DNA from: Candidatus Hydrogenedentota bacterium
GTDB lineage: Bacteria > Hydrogenedentota > Hydrogenedentia > Hydrogenedentales > JAEUWI01
Reading direction: 5' to 3'
Assembly (NCBI GenBank): GCA_016791475.1
Contig: JAEUWI010000010.1
Span: 20,352 to 84,351, forward strand
Length of the DNA stretch: 64,000 nucleotides
A program made the translations under genes and the position numbers. The notes under the pieces are model-generated. The model saw only the letters and a program-made list of their open reading frames with translations, searched no databases and had not been told where the DNA came from. Below, piece by piece: positions 8,719-19,585 of this stretch. How positions within the stretch are numbered: the stretch's first letter is position 1; each line of letters starts with the position of its first letter.

Positions 8719-10122
8719 ATGAGCGAAAAAGAATACGAAGATTCAGCAGTGGCCACTCAGGAACCCGGCGAATTTGAATTCGTTGAGGATCCCACCTTTG
8801 ACATCGCCTACAAGGGCGATTGCGCCTACGAAGTCAAAGTGGTCATTCCCGCGGCCAACACCCTCAAGCAGTCTCAGGAAATGTTTGAAGAGCTCCAGGG
8901 CGAAGCGGAGCTGCCCGGTTTCCGGCGCGGCAAAGCCCCCCGCAAGCTGCTTGAGCGCAAGTACGGCAAGGCCGTCCGCGGCGAAGCCACGGAAAAGCTT
9001 GTCAGCGCCGCTTTCCGCAAGCTGATCAAGGGCGAAGAGCTCCGTCCCATCGATTATCCCGATGTGGAAGGTCTCGAAAACCTGGCCGAGCTTGCCGCCG
9101 ACGCCCCCCTCGACTTCACCCTGAAGTTTGAGGTAGCGCCGCGCGTCACGCTGGGCAACTACAAGGGTATCGCCGTTGAACGTCCCGTACTCGCCATCGG
9201 CGACGCGGAAGTGGACGAGGCCATCACGAGCATGCGCCAGCGCTACGCCGCCTATGAGACCATCGCCGACGGCGTTGCCGCCGATGAAGATCAGGTCATT
9301 ATCGATTTCACCGGCACCATCAACGGCGAAGCCTTCGCCGGTGGTTCCGCCGAGAATTATCCCTACATCCTCGGCTCCGGTCGCTTCTTCAAGGAATTCG
9401 AAGAGGCCATCCGCGGCGCCAAGAGCGACTCGGAAGTTTCCTGCGACGTGGCCTTCCCCGACACCTACCATGGCGCCGATGTGGCGGGCAAGACGGCCCA
9501 GTTCACCATCAAGATCAACGAGATCAAGCGCCGCACGATGCCCGAGCTCGACGAGAAGTTCGCCGAGACCGCCGGCTTTGATTCCGTTGACGCCATGCGC
9601 GAAGCCGTGAAGAAAGACCTTCAGGCCGGCGCGGACAATCAAGGCCGCGAGATTGCCGAGCAGCGCGCCATCCAGGCCGTGGTCGAGTCCAGCACCTTCG
9701 AAATCCCCAAGTCGCTCGTCGATTCCACGGCGGATGTCTACTACAAGCAGGAGGTCCGTCGCCTCATCTCCCTTCGCGTCCCCACGACCGAACTGGATGA
9801 AAAGGACGCCGAACTCCGCAAGCAGGCTGAAGAGCATGCCCTGCGCGAGATCAAAGGTTACGTCGTAGTCGGCGAAATCGGCCGCGCGGAAAGCATCACC
9901 GTGTTGGACGAAGACTTCGAGAAAGAAGCCGAAGCCATCGTGAGCCGCACCGGCATGGAGCTCGACATCGCCAAGCGCTTCCTGGACCAGGAAGACAAGC
10001 GCAGCGACTATGAAGAGCGCATCTACCGCAAGAAAGCCGTCGCCGTCGTCATGGACAGTGCGAAGGTGACCGAGAAGAAGGTCACCCGGGAAGAACTGGA
10101 GAAGGATAGCGCCGATGCCTGA
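8719..10122 (+). CDS. tig: trigger factor
   Basis: 467 aa; [14 protein letters not shown] ribosome-binding motif, PPIase middle domain; synteny tig-clpP-clpX-lon. Confidence 0.9.
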   Translation: MSEKEYEDSAVATQEPGEFEFVEDPTFDIAYKGDCAYEVKVVIPAANTLKQSQEMFEELQGEAELPGFRRGKAPRKLLERKYGKAVRGEATEKLVSAAFRKLIKGEELRPIDYPDVEGLENLAELAADAPLDFTLKFEVAPRVTLGNYKGIAVERPVLAIGDAEVDEAITSMRQRYAAYETIADGVAADEDQVIIDFTGTINGEAFAGGSAENYPYILGSGRFFKEFEEAIRGAKSDSEVSCDVAFPDTYHGADVAGKTAQFTIKINEIKRRTMPELDEKFAETAGFDSVDAMREAVKKDLQAGADNQGREIAEQRAIQAVVESSTFEIPKSLVDSTADVYYKQEVRRLISLRVPTTELDEKDAELRKQAEEHALREIKGYVVVGEIGRAESITVLDEDFEKEAEAIVSRTGMELDIAKRFLDQEDKRSDYEERIYRKKAVAVVMDSAKVTEKKVTREELEKDSADA

Positions 10123-10744
10123 TCCGATGCAGGTCCTCGCCGGTCTCGGTGGTATGAACCCGGTAAATCCCCAAAACGTCACGATTTATCAGCAGACGAG
10201 CCGGGGGGAGCGCGCCTATGATATCTATTCGCGCCTGCTGGAGGATCGCATCATTTTCCTGGGCTACCCGATTGACGATCACGTCGCCAATTACGTCATC
10301 GCCCAGCTCCTTTTTCTGGAATCGGAAGATCCGGACAAGGACATCAGCATCTATGTGAATTCCCCCGGTGGCAGTGTCACCGCCGGTCTCGCGATCTACG
10401 ACACCATGCAATTCGTGAAGCCCGACATCAGCACCATTTGTCTCGGGCAAGCCTCCAGCATGGCGGCCGTGCTTATGGCGGCGGGCACCAAGGGCAAACG
10501 CTTTGCGCTGCCCTATTCCCGCTTCCTACTGCATCAGGTCATGGGCGGCGTACAGGGACAGGCTTCGGACATCGAAATCCAAGCCAAGGAAATCGTGCGG
10601 CTCTGCGAAATGCTCGATGAGATTTTGGTCAAGCATACAGGGCAGTCTTCAGATCGAATCCACGAGGACAGCGACCGCGATTTCTTCATGGGCGCGGAAG
10701 AGGCCAAGGCCTACGGCCTGATCGACGAGATCCTGGCGCGCTAG
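10115..10744 (+). CDS. clpP: ATP-dependent Clp protease proteolytic subunit
   Basis: GQASSMAA (Ser), LHQ (His) catalytic motifs; 209 aa. Confidence 0.92.
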   Translation: MPDPMQVLAGLGGMNPVNPQNVTIYQQTSRGERAYDIYSRLLEDRIIFLGYPIDDHVANYVIAQLLFLESEDPDKDISIYVNSPGGSVTAGLAIYDTMQFVKPDISTICLGQASSMAAVLMAAGTKGKRFALPYSRFLLHQVMGGVQGQASDIEIQAKEIVRLCEMLDEILVKHTGQSSDRIHEDSDRDFFMGAEEAKAYGLIDEILAR

Positions 10745-10948
10745 GGCGAAGCCCCACCAAAATTTAATCAACACTGAACTATCACGCCCCCTGATCGCCT
10801 CGCGAGACGATTAGGGGGCCTTTTCTTCCCGAGGTCCGGGGCGCGCTCTGACAAAATGACAAAAATCAGACTTGACCTCTGCCCCCGGCAATTGGCACAA
10901 TACCTTTGAGTCTGTGTATGACTTCGGGTGATACCCGCCAGTAATCTC

Positions 10949-10977
10949 TTGACAGACACAAAACAAAATGATAATTT
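10949..10977 (+). promoter_or_regulatory. sigma70-like promoter upstream of clpX (TTGACA-17-TAATTT)
   Basis: hexamers ~35 nt upstream of clpX start, after clpP hairpin. Confidence 0.3.
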
Positions 10978-11012
10978 TACCCCTGTGGAAGTAATGATGG
11001 CAGGAGAGTCGA

Positions 11013-12296
11013 ATGGCACCGCAACGTACACGAAGTGATGTCCCCACTTGCTCCTTCTGTGGCAAACGCCATGACGAGGTCAACAAGCTCATCGCAGGAC
11101 CCGATGTAAACATCTGCGACGAGTGCGTGAACCTCTGTGGCGAGATTGTCGCCGAAGAGCGGGCGCGCAAAGGGACTTCGCGCAGCATGAAAGTGCCGGC
11201 GCCAAAGGAAATCAAGTCCTTCCTCGACCAGTATGTCATCGGCCAGGACCACGCGAAGCGCGTGCTCTCCGTAGCCGTGCACAACCACTATAAACGCATC
11301 TCTTCCGGCGGCGAAATAGACGGTGTAGAGATCCAGAAATCGAACGTCCTGCTCATCGGCCCTTCCGGTTGCGGCAAGACCCTCCTCGCAGAGTCCCTCG
11401 CGCGTCTCCTTGATGTGCCTTTTGCCGTCGTGGACGCCACGACCCTCACCGAAGCGGGCTACGTGGGCGACGACGTCGAGAATGTCATCCTCAAGCTGCT
11501 CCAGGCGGCCGATTTCGATGCGGCGCGGGCCGAGACCGGTATCGTTTACATCGACGAAATAGACAAGGTGGCGCGCAAGGGGGACAGCCCCTCCATCACC
11601 CGCGATGTGTCCGGGGAAGGCGTGCAGCAGGCCCTCCTGAAGCTTCTGGAAGGCACCGTGGCCAACGTGCCGCCTCAGGGTGGACGCAAGCATCCCCAGC
11701 AGGAGTGCATCCAGGTTCATACGAAAAACATTCTTTTCCTCTGTGGCGGCGCCTTTAACGGTCTCGAAACGATCATCCAGAAGCGCATCGGCCAGAAAGT
11801 CATCGGTTTCAATGCCGAGGTCCGCTCCAAGAAGGAGTTGGGCCTGGGGGCCCTGTTGGCCCAGGTGAAGCCGGAAGATCTCATCAAGTACGGCATGATC
11901 CCCGAGTTCAGCGGGCGCCTGCCCATCACGGCCTCCCTCAACGAGCTGACCCGTGAGGATTTGGTGCGCATTCTGACAGAGCCCAACAATGCCCTGGTCC
12001 GCCAGTACCAGAAGCTCTTCGAAATGGAGAATGTGGCCCTCCGCTTTCCGGACGAGACCATCGACACCATCGCCGCCTCCGCCATCAAGCGGGACACGGG
12101 CGCGCGCGGGCTGCGCAGCATCCTCGAAGAGGCCATGCTCAACGTTATGTTCGAGCTTCCCTCCCGGGAAGACGTGCGCGAGTGTGTGATAACGCCCGGC
12201 GTCATCACCAAGGCCGAAGAGCCTCTCCTGGTGTATAAGCACGAGAAGCCCGTCGTAAAGGATAAAGACACCGATACCAATTCCGCGTCGGCCTGA
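11013..12296 (+). CDS. clpX: ATP-dependent Clp protease ATP-binding subunit ClpX
   Basis: N-terminal C4 zinc finger CSFCGK...CDEC, Walker A GPSGCGKT, 427 aa. Confidence 0.92.
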   Translation: MAPQRTRSDVPTCSFCGKRHDEVNKLIAGPDVNICDECVNLCGEIVAEERARKGTSRSMKVPAPKEIKSFLDQYVIGQDHAKRVLSVAVHNHYKRISSGGEIDGVEIQKSNVLLIGPSGCGKTLLAESLARLLDVPFAVVDATTLTEAGYVGDDVENVILKLLQAADFDAARAETGIVYIDEIDKVARKGDSPSITRDVSGEGVQQALLKLLEGTVANVPPQGGRKHPQQECIQVHTKNILFLCGGAFNGLETIIQKRIGQKVIGFNAEVRSKKELGLGALLAQVKPEDLIKYGMIPEFSGRLPITASLNELTREDLVRILTEPNNALVRQYQKLFEMENVALRFPDETIDTIAASAIKRDTGARGLRSILEEAMLNVMFELPSREDVRECVITPGVITKAEEPLLVYKHEKPVVKDKDTDTNSASA

Positions 12297-12326
12297 GGCC
12301 GTCGCTCCCCAAGGACTTCGATCAGG

Positions 12327-12359
12327 GGCCGGATGCCCGCCCGGGCATCCGGCCTTTTT
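12327..12359 (+). terminator. Rho-independent terminator of clpX
   Basis: perfect 13-bp GC stem GGCCGGATGCCCG/CGGGCATCCGGCC followed by TTTTT. Confidence 0.8.
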
Positions 12360-12497
12360 GCCTGTGCGGCGGGTGCCGCGCTATACTGTCCCCAAATCAC
12401 CGGAACCAGGCGCAGCACCTTTCTTGCCCGCCGGGGGCGTGCCGTTGCCGGCCCCGCCCGTACACGATTTCCCATCTCCCGCAGGAGTACCTCATAG

Positions 12498-14837
12498 ATG
12501 CCACCCCGTAAACAAACCGCCCGACACGAGACCATGCGATTGCCCCTCCTGCCCCTGAAGGATGTGGTCATCTTCCCGCGCATGGTCGTGCCCCTCCTGG
12601 TGGGCCGTCCCGCCTCGCTGGCGGCCGTGGAAGGCAGCCTTTCGAGAAATCAGCCCCTCTTTCTTTGCACCCAGCAAGACCCGAGCGAGGAGAATCCCCG
12701 CGCGGAAAGTCTGTATTCCATCGGCGTTGCCGCCACGGTCCTCCAGTCCCTGCGCATGCCCGACGGGACGATGAAAGTGGTCGTTGAGGGCCTGGGGCGC
12801 GGCAAGGTAAGTACCTTCTACTTTTGTAAAGACGAAGCCGCCGAGGTGGACGTTCATAGCTTCGAATCCCGTAGTGAGCGCTCCGACAAAGTCGACGCCC
12901 TCGTGCGTACCGTCGTGGGCCAGTTCGAAGACTACGTCCAGCTCTCCCAGCGCATCGCCCCGGAAGTCTTCATGTCGATCCAGGGCATGGACGACCCCGA
13001 GCTCACCGCCGACACCATTTGCGCCTATCTCCCCGTGCGGGTAGAGGAGCGCCAGGGCCTCCTCGAACTCGTCGATCTGGAGGCGCGCCTCGAAAAAATG
13101 ACGTCACTCCTCATGCGGGAGAATGAAATGATCCGCATGGAGCACAGCGTCCGCGAGCGCGTCCGCGACCAGATGGAGCGCGGCCAGCGCGAGCACTACC
13201 TCCACGAGCAGCTCAAGCTCATCCATCAGGAGCTGGGCAATCGCGAAGACGGCGGCGACGACTTCACCGAGATTCGCGGCATGATCGCCAAGGCGAAAAT
13301 GCCCAAGGACGTGAAGGCGAAGGCCGAACGCGAGTTCGCACGCTACGAGCGCATGCCCATGATGAGTCCCGAAGGCGCCGTGATCCGAAGCTACCTCGAA
13401 TGGCTCTGCGACATGCCCTGGGCGAAGCGATCCCGCGATTCGCTGAACCTCGCGCGCGCCCAGGAGGTGCTCGACGAAGATCACTACGGCCTGGAGAAGG
13501 TGAAAGACCTTATCCTCGAATACCTCGCCGTGCGCAAACTCAGCAACTCCACCAAAGGCCCAATCCTCTGCCTCGTGGGGCCTCCCGGCGTGGGTAAGAC
13601 CTCCCTCGGCGCATCCATCGCCCGCGCCATGAAGCGCAAATTTGTCCGCGCTTCCCTGGGCGGCATTCGCGACGAGGCCGAAATCCGGGGCCACCGCCGC
13701 ACCTACATCGGCGCCATGCCCGGCCGCATTATCCAGAGCGTCAAGAAGGCCGGCGTGAAGAACCCGCTGTTCCTGCTGGACGAGATTGACAAGCTCAACA
13801 CGGATTTTCGCGGCGACCCCGCGTCCGCCCTTCTCGAGGTCCTCGATCCCGTGCAGAACAAGGACTTCAGCGACCACTATCTGGAGGTGAGCTTTGACCT
13901 GTCCGAGGTATTTTTTATTGCCACGGCCAACAGCGAGTTCGATATTCCCCACGCCCTCCACGACCGCATGGAAATCGTGAACCTCTCGGGCTACACCCTC
14001 CGGGAAAAGGAGGAGATCGCGCGACTTTTTCTCGTCCCGCGGATGATGACCGACTGCGGACTGAACCCGAAAAAGGTGCGTTTCGACGAGAGCGGCATCA
14101 CCACCGTAATCCAGCGTTACACCCGCGAGGCCGGCGTACGCGAACTGGAGCGGCAGATCGCCCGCGCCCTCCGCAAAGTCGCACGCCGCGTGGTGGACAA
14201 GTCCGCCAAGGGTGATTTTCTGCTCAACGCGGAGACGGTGATGGAGTTGCTTGGCCCGCCCGTCTACAGCGGTCTGCGCGCCGTGGAAGAGCCCGCGGCG
14301 GGCATTGCCATCGGCATGGCCTGGACCCAGGTGGGGGGCGACATCCTTTACATCGAAACCAGCACCATGGAAGGCAAGGGCAAACTGACCCTTACCGGTC
14401 AACTGGGCAGTGTAATGAAGGAATCCGCCGAAGCGGCCTACACCTACATCCGCGCCCACGCCAAGGCCCTGAAAGTGCCCGCCGACTTCTACAAGAAACT
14501 GGACCTCCACGTGCATGTGGCCGAAGGCGCCGTGCCCAAAGACGGCCCCTCCGCCGGTACCGCCCTCATCGTGTCCATGGTTTCCGCCCTCACCGGGCAG
14601 AAGCCCAAAGCGGCCCTATCCATGACGGGTGAGATCACGCTGCTCGGCCGTGTGCTGCCCGTGGGCGGCATCAAGGAGAAAGTGCTCGCCGCGCATCGTT
14701 CGGGTGTTCGTACGATTATCCTGCCCCGCGAAAACGAGAAGGATCTTCCCGATGTGCCCAAAGAGGTGCGGGACGAGATCAAGTTTGTCATGGTGGAGTC
14801 GGTGGACGAAGTGATCGCCACGGTGTTTGGAGACTGA
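12498..14837 (+). CDS. lon: Lon protease
   Basis: 779 aa; Lon N domain, Walker A GPPGVGKTS, catalytic DGPSAGTAL...K dyad. Confidence 0.92.
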   Translation: MPPRKQTARHETMRLPLLPLKDVVIFPRMVVPLLVGRPASLAAVEGSLSRNQPLFLCTQQDPSEENPRAESLYSIGVAATVLQSLRMPDGTMKVVVEGLGRGKVSTFYFCKDEAAEVDVHSFESRSERSDKVDALVRTVVGQFEDYVQLSQRIAPEVFMSIQGMDDPELTADTICAYLPVRVEERQGLLELVDLEARLEKMTSLLMRENEMIRMEHSVRERVRDQMERGQREHYLHEQLKLIHQELGNREDGGDDFTEIRGMIAKAKMPKDVKAKAEREFARYERMPMMSPEGAVIRSYLEWLCDMPWAKRSRDSLNLARAQEVLDEDHYGLEKVKDLILEYLAVRKLSNSTKGPILCLVGPPGVGKTSLGASIARAMKRKFVRASLGGIRDEAEIRGHRRTYIGAMPGRIIQSVKKAGVKNPLFLLDEIDKLNTDFRGDPASALLEVLDPVQNKDFSDHYLEVSFDLSEVFFIATANSEFDIPHALHDRMEIVNLSGYTLREKEEIARLFLVPRMMTDCGLNPKKVRFDESGITTVIQRYTREAGVRELERQIARALRKVARRVVDKSAKGDFLLNAETVMELLGPPVYSGLRAVEEPAAGIAIGMAWTQVGGDILYIETSTMEGKGKLTLTGQLGSVMKESAEAAYTYIRAHAKALKVPADFYKKLDLHVHVAEGAVPKDGPSAGTALIVSMVSALTGQKPKAALSMTGEITLLGRVLPVGGIKEKVLAAHRSGVRTIILPRENEKDLPDVPKEVRDEIKFVMVESVDEVIATVFGD

Positions 14838-14896
14838 CGCGGATCCGCGATGGTACCAACCTAATTAGAACGGACTTAGGTTATCGAGGACCACGC

Positions 14897-15112
14897 CGGG
14901 TGCCACCTCAATCGAGCAACGCTCGTTTGGGCGTCATGTGGGAGGGAAAACTACTTGTGGACAAGTGAACTTAGATCCGGCTCGCGATCTAAGGGCGTTT
15001 TTTCATGGGGTTCACCGACGTAAACCAGCCCCCCGCCAGTTAAATTTAAAGCACCAGGGGTACCGCCGCACAAGGCACCCAAACGAGCGTTGCTCGATTG
15101 AGGTGGCACCCG
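14897..15112. repeat. 35-bp perfect inverted repeat pair (14897..14931 and 15078..15112) flanking a 146-bp core; MITE-like or large RNA hairpin
   Basis: CGGGTGCCACCTCAATCGAGCAACGCTCGTTTGGG and its exact reverse complement. Confidence 0.6.
14971..15003 (+). terminator. putative lon terminator hairpin plus T6 run inside the IR element
   Basis: TTAGATCCGGCTCGCGATCTAA hairpin then GGGCGTTTTTT. Confidence 0.45.
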
Positions 15113-15198
15113 AGGTTCCCTTACGGTACCGTTGCTTCGCATTTAACCCGGATTCTATCATTCAATCGCGGCGCCCCGCGTAACAAAGGTATGTCCAA

Positions 15199-15816
15199 GT
15201 GCAGGTAAATTCATCACGATTCGTGCTCAGCGCTCTCGACCCCGCCCACTACCCCAAAGACCGTCTTCCCGAGATCGCTTTCGTGGGACGTTCCAACGTC
15301 GGTAAGTCGAGCCTGCTCAATACCCTGCTCAACCGCAAGGGCCTGGCCAAGACCAGCGGTACCCCCGGCAAGACCCAGACCCTGAACTTCTTCAACATCA
15401 ACGAAAAGTTCTACTTCGTCGATCTGCCCGGCTATGGCTTCGCCAAAGTACCCAAGTCCATGAAGGATACCTGGAACAAAGTCATGGTGGAGTATCTCCA
15501 GACCCGCTCCAATCTCCGCATGGTGATTTCCCTCGTGGACGCGCGCCATGAGCCGAGCCCCCTGGACATCCAGATGCTCAACATCCTTGACGAGGCTTCG
15601 GTGCCCACCCTGGTCGTGGCCACCAAAGTGGACAAGCTCAAGCGCTCCCAGCGCAACAAGTCCCTGAACCTCATCCGGGAAACCCTGGGCCTGCCGGAGG
15701 ACTACCACGTGCTCCCTTTCAGTTCCGTAGATCGCGAAGGGGTAAAGGATCTCTGGGAGGTCATCGAAGATCAGCTTCAGACCCCGGAACGCGTCATCGA
15801 AAATGAAGAGGCGTAG
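15199..15816 (+). CDS. engB: ribosome biogenesis GTP-binding protein EngB/YihA/YsxC
   Basis: GRSNVGKSSLLN G1 motif, DLPGYG G3; follows lon as in B. subtilis lonA-ysxC. Confidence 0.88.
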   Translation: MQVNSSRFVLSALDPAHYPKDRLPEIAFVGRSNVGKSSLLNTLLNRKGLAKTSGTPGKTQTLNFFNINEKFYFVDLPGYGFAKVPKSMKDTWNKVMVEYLQTRSNLRMVISLVDARHEPSPLDIQMLNILDEASVPTLVVATKVDKLKRSQRNKSLNLIRETLGLPEDYHVLPFSSVDREGVKDLWEVIEDQLQTPERVIENEEA

Positions 15817-15896
15817 TGGGGCAGGGGGCGTGGACGGCGCACGGTCGATCCGACCCAACGGCGCCACGGCCCCGGGTCCAGTCGGTCACATCCCTG

Positions 15897-16568
15897 TCAC
15901 GCCACGACCCCGGGCATCGGCGCCAGACGCGACAATTCCTCCCGCTTCTTCCGGGCGATCAACTCCTCTTCATAGGCCAGCGTCGTCAACAGATAGCTGA
16001 AAGGAATGGTCGCCAGCAGGCCTATCCCGAAGCACAGGGCTCCCGCCATGTTCACCGCGATGATGACCAGGCCCAGCACAACCCAACGCTTGAAATTGGC
16101 CCAAACCAGGAGGCGGCTCTTTTCCATCGCCCCCCAGAAGCCGAGATTCTCGTCCAGGATAAAGAGATAGGTCACGGAATAGGTCATAAAGATGAGCAGC
16201 GGTGGAATAACCAGGGGAACTACGATCAGCGCCATGAGATTGATCAGAATATTGGCGAGGAAGGCGGGCAGAAAGTGCTCGAATCCCGAAAGGATGTCCG
16301 CCAGTTCCGTATTTTCGTTGCGCACGATCCGCTGGGATATCTTGAAGGCGCCAAGGATGAAGGGCCCGAGGAGGACGTTGCCGCTGATCGTCAGCAGGTA
16401 GTTGCCGGCAATCATGATCAACAGCAGAATGATGTGGGCACTCACCAACAGCAGGGCGTGGTCCCAGAGCAGCCCGAAGGCCCGGCGGACCAGTGGGCGG
16501 ATGCACAGATCGCTCATGCCGCAATGCTCGACCTCATTCGCGTGTTGGGAAGGCGCTTCGATGCGCAT
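15897..16568 (-). CDS. hypothetical polytopic membrane protein (DUF975/DUF4013-like)
   Basis: ORF track 15897..16724; start chosen at internal ATG (MRIEAPS...) with GGAAAGG RBS; multiple TM helices. Confidence 0.5.
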   Translation of the reverse strand: MRIEAPSQHANEVEHCGMSDLCIRPLVRRAFGLLWDHALLLVSAHIILLLIMIAGNYLLTISGNVLLGPFILGAFKISQRIVRNENTELADILSGFEHFLPAFLANILINLMALIVVPLVIPPLLIFMTYSVTYLFILDENLGFWGAMEKSRLLVWANFKRWVVLGLVIIAVNMAGALCFGIGLLATIPFSYLLTTLAYEEELIARKKREELSRLAPMPGVVA

Positions 16569-16717
16569 ACGTTGACCTTTCCAGCGTGCGCACATCGCAC
16601 GACACCCCATTATACCGCGCCTGTGCCCGGTCGCGCCTCCCCAGGGGGAGGGTTGGTCAAAAAGTGATTGATCGGGGCAAACCATGCTACCGTAAGCGGC
16701 AACGCAGGAGTATACAC

Positions 16718-17137
16718 ATGGCACGAGGGGATCACATCAAGGTGCGTCGTTACGGCGGGCTTTACAGCCACCACGGAATCGACATGGGCGACGGCACCGT
16801 CATCCATTTCTCCGGCGAACCCTGTCGGCGGGGCGACGCCCGGGTCTGCCGTGCGGATCTTGAATCCTTCCTGGCGGGCGGGCGGCTCACGGTGGTGCGC
16901 CATCGCGGGCCGGTGCGCCCCCCGGATGACGTGGCCGCCGCCGCCGAAGACGGCCTCCATCGGCAGGACTATTCCCTCCTGCACAATAATTGCGAACACT
17001 TCGCCACCTGGTGCAAGACGGGCCGCCGACACAGCGGGCAGGTGCGCCGCGCACTGCGGCTCGCAGGGGCCACCGCCGGCGCCTCGCTTGCGCTCCTGTG
17101 GCCCGTGCTCGCCGCGCGCAGGGCGACCTCGCGATAA
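16718..17137 (+). CDS. LRAT/H-rev107-type NlpC/P60 papain-like protein (139 aa)
   Basis: GDHIKVRRYGGLYSHHGIDMGDGTVIHF (His box) and NNCEHFATWC (catalytic Cys in NCEHF); GCAGGAG RBS; hydrophobic C-terminus. Confidence 0.7.
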   Translation: MARGDHIKVRRYGGLYSHHGIDMGDGTVIHFSGEPCRRGDARVCRADLESFLAGGRLTVVRHRGPVRPPDDVAAAAEDGLHRQDYSLLHNNCEHFATWCKTGRRHSGQVRRALRLAGATAGASLALLWPVLAARRATSR

Positions 17138-17191
17138 TTTCCTGGACGCGCCCACGCCACTGGACACCGACCGACTGACCCAAGGGAGATA

Positions 17192-17614
17192 TTGAACTCT
17201 ATGATCGAACTACTGAACACCGACGAGCAACGCGTGATGCTGGAACTGCTCCTTCACATTGCAAAGTCGGACGGCACCGTGAAGGATGTCGAACAGGAGA
17301 TTCTGGAGAACTATGCCACCCTGGTCGACCTTGATTTCTCCACCATCAACAGCAACCTCACGCCCGCCGAGCTCATCCCCCAGATTCCGAGCCCCGTCAG
17401 CCGGGCCATCGTCCTTCAGGAATTGCTTCGCATGTCCCATCTGGACGGCATCATCAGCCAGGGCGAGCACGCCGCCATCCTCGCCATCGCCGGCCAGATG
17501 GGCTTCCCCGATTCGGTCGTGCACCGCCTTGATGCCTGGGTGGTGGAGGGACTTCGCTGGGTATGGGAGGGCGAAGACATTCTCGACGAAATAGAGGCTG
17601 AATTCGGGGCGTAG
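17192..17614 (+). CDS. TerB-like (tellurite-resistance/DjlA N-terminal-like) domain protein
   Basis: 140 aa all-helical; LLLHIAKSDGTVKDVEQEILENYA...IVLQELLRMSHLDGIISQGEHAAILAIAGQMG pattern typical of TerB-like domains; assignment by recollection. Confidence 0.5.
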   Translation: MNSMIELLNTDEQRVMLELLLHIAKSDGTVKDVEQEILENYATLVDLDFSTINSNLTPAELIPQIPSPVSRAIVLQELLRMSHLDGIISQGEHAAILAIAGQMGFPDSVVHRLDAWVVEGLRWVWEGEDILDEIEAEFGA

Positions 17615-17961
17615 GGGGGGGCGCGCACCGCCGCACGGCCCCCTCAAAATGGGGGGGCAAGAAACACGTTTGTCTCGGATGCCCGCTCCGGCAAAGCCGG
17701 CGCCAATACGGCGGCATGTTCCGAGCGTCTTGTAAAGCTCTGCAATTCCCCAAGGCAGTTCTGAGGTACCCCCGCTTCATTTCAGGCTGTCACCCCGCCC
17801 TGAAGCGCCGTTGCGCCCTGGGCCCAAACCCTCATTAAGTCCTTTAAAATCAACTCCTTCGCACGTGAATCTCCAATTTGGCACGGACTATGCAATGCGC
17901 AAGGCAAACCGCCCTGTGGCGGATGCTGATGAGAGCAACTGTGTTGTAGATAAGGAGCACT

Positions 17962-19443
17962 GTGATGAATAAAATTAAATTTACCAAATCAACCCTCGGC
18001 CTCGCCGGCGCCGCCGTGGCCACCGCCGGTCTGTTTTCACTCTACGATGCCCCCGTGGCCCTGGGAAACGATGCGACCCCCGGTATCGCCGCGCTGCAAA
18101 ACCTCAGCGACACCTACGTGCAGGTCGCGGAGCAAACCTCCAATGGCGTCGTGTTCATCGAGATCAGCAAGACGATGGCGTCGCCCGCCGCGTTCGGCGA
18201 GGGCTTCGACGGCCCTGGCAGTCCCTTCCGCCACTTCTTCGGCCCCGGCGGTATCCCTGGATTTCGCCAGGGGCCCCAGGGCGACCAAATGCCCATGCCC
18301 GTGGGCACCGGATCGGGTTTCATAATTACCTCGGATGGTTACATCGTCACGAACAATCACGTGGCTGCGGAAGCGGATGGACTGAAAGTCACCCTGCAGG
18401 ACGGTCGTGTCTTTGACGCCACCGTCGTGGGCACCGATCCCCAGACTGAAGTGGCCCTTCTGAAAGTGGACGCCACCGGTCTTCCGACCGTTACCCTCGG
18501 CGACTCCGACAAGGTGCGCGTGGGCGAGTGGGTGCTGGCCGTGGGCAGCCCCTTCGGCCTCGACCACACCGTGACCTCTGGTATCGTCAGCGCCCAGGGC
18601 CGGAGTGAAGTCGGCATCGTGGACTATGCGAACTTTATCCAGACGGACGCCGCCATCAACCCCGGCAACTCCGGCGGCCCGCTGATTAACCTTCATGGCG
18701 AAGTCATCGGCATGAACACCGCCATCCTCAGCAGCAGCGGCGGCAGCAACGGTATCGGATTTGCCATTCCGGTGAATATGGTCAAGAGCGTCGTGGACGA
18801 TCTGAAAGACGACGGCAAGGTCCAGCGCGGTTACCTGGGCGTGCACATTCAGAATATCTCGCCCGAAATGTCCAAGTGGTTTGATATCGAAGCGGGCCAG
18901 GGCGCCCTCGTAGCCGAAGTCGCCGAGGGGTCACCCGCGGAACAGGCCGGCCTGCAGAAGGACGACGTCGTCGTCAGTATCGACGGCCAGGTCGTGAAGG
19001 ATGCCGGTGCGCTTCGCAGCCGCGTGGCCACCTCCGCCCCGAACAAGGAACTGAAACTGGAAGTTCTTCGAAATGGCGAACGGATGGAGAAGAGCGTGAC
19101 GCTCGGACAACTGGATTCTGATGGCGTGGCCAGCAGCGGAAATGCCCCGGCGGGCAGCCCGTCCCGCCTTGGCATACAACTCCAGAACCTGGACGAGAAC
19201 ATTGCGAACCAACTGGGCTTCACCGGTGACGGCGGTGTGGTGATTTCCGCCGTCGAGCCGGGTTCTCAGGCCGCCCGCGAAGGCCTCGCCCGAGGCATGG
19301 TCATCACGGAGGTAAATCGAATCCCCGTAAAAAACGTCCAAGAGTTCAAGGAAGCCCTGGAGAAGGGAAAGAAGGACGGATCGGTACTGCTCAACATCCA
19401 GCAGGAAGGCCATTCCCGCTACGTTGCGATGAAGCTCTCGTAA
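17962..19443 (+). CDS. htrA: Do-family periplasmic serine endopeptidase (HtrA/DegP/DegQ) with two PDZ domains
   Basis: catalytic triad regions TNNHV, D, GNSGGPL; two PDZ segments; signal peptide. Confidence 0.9.
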   Translation: MMNKIKFTKSTLGLAGAAVATAGLFSLYDAPVALGNDATPGIAALQNLSDTYVQVAEQTSNGVVFIEISKTMASPAAFGEGFDGPGSPFRHFFGPGGIPGFRQGPQGDQMPMPVGTGSGFIITSDGYIVTNNHVAAEADGLKVTLQDGRVFDATVVGTDPQTEVALLKVDATGLPTVTLGDSDKVRVGEWVLAVGSPFGLDHTVTSGIVSAQGRSEVGIVDYANFIQTDAAINPGNSGGPLINLHGEVIGMNTAILSSSGGSNGIGFAIPVNMVKSVVDDLKDDGKVQRGYLGVHIQNISPEMSKWFDIEAGQGALVAEVAEGSPAEQAGLQKDDVVVSIDGQVVKDAGALRSRVATSAPNKELKLEVLRNGERMEKSVTLGQLDSDGVASSGNAPAGSPSRLGIQLQNLDENIANQLGFTGDGGVVISAVEPGSQAAREGLARGMVITEVNRIPVKNVQEFKEALEKGKKDGSVLLNIQQEGHSRYVAMKLS

Positions 19444-19476
19444 GTAGCGCGCAAGATTGCAGGCTTCAGGTAAGGA

Positions 19477-19515
19477 AACCGGCCCGATCCTCAGGGATCG
19501 GGCCGGTTTATCGTC
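19477..19515 (+). terminator. Rho-independent terminator of htrA
   Basis: perfect 14-bp stem AACCGGCCCGATCC/GGATCGGGCCGGTT, loop TCAG, T-rich tail. Confidence 0.8.
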
Positions 19516-19585
19516 TGTAGTTTCGAGTGAAAAGGTATGGGTGCAGATCTGCTATTACCGATAATAATGATAGATAAATACAGTT

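Noticed and set aside
12297-12497. Possible sigma32 or CIRCE/CtsR heat-shock operator upstream of lon
   Set aside because: Only a weak CTTG...CCCCGCCC resemblance with wrong spacing. No CIRCE inverted repeat or CtsR heptad repeats found.
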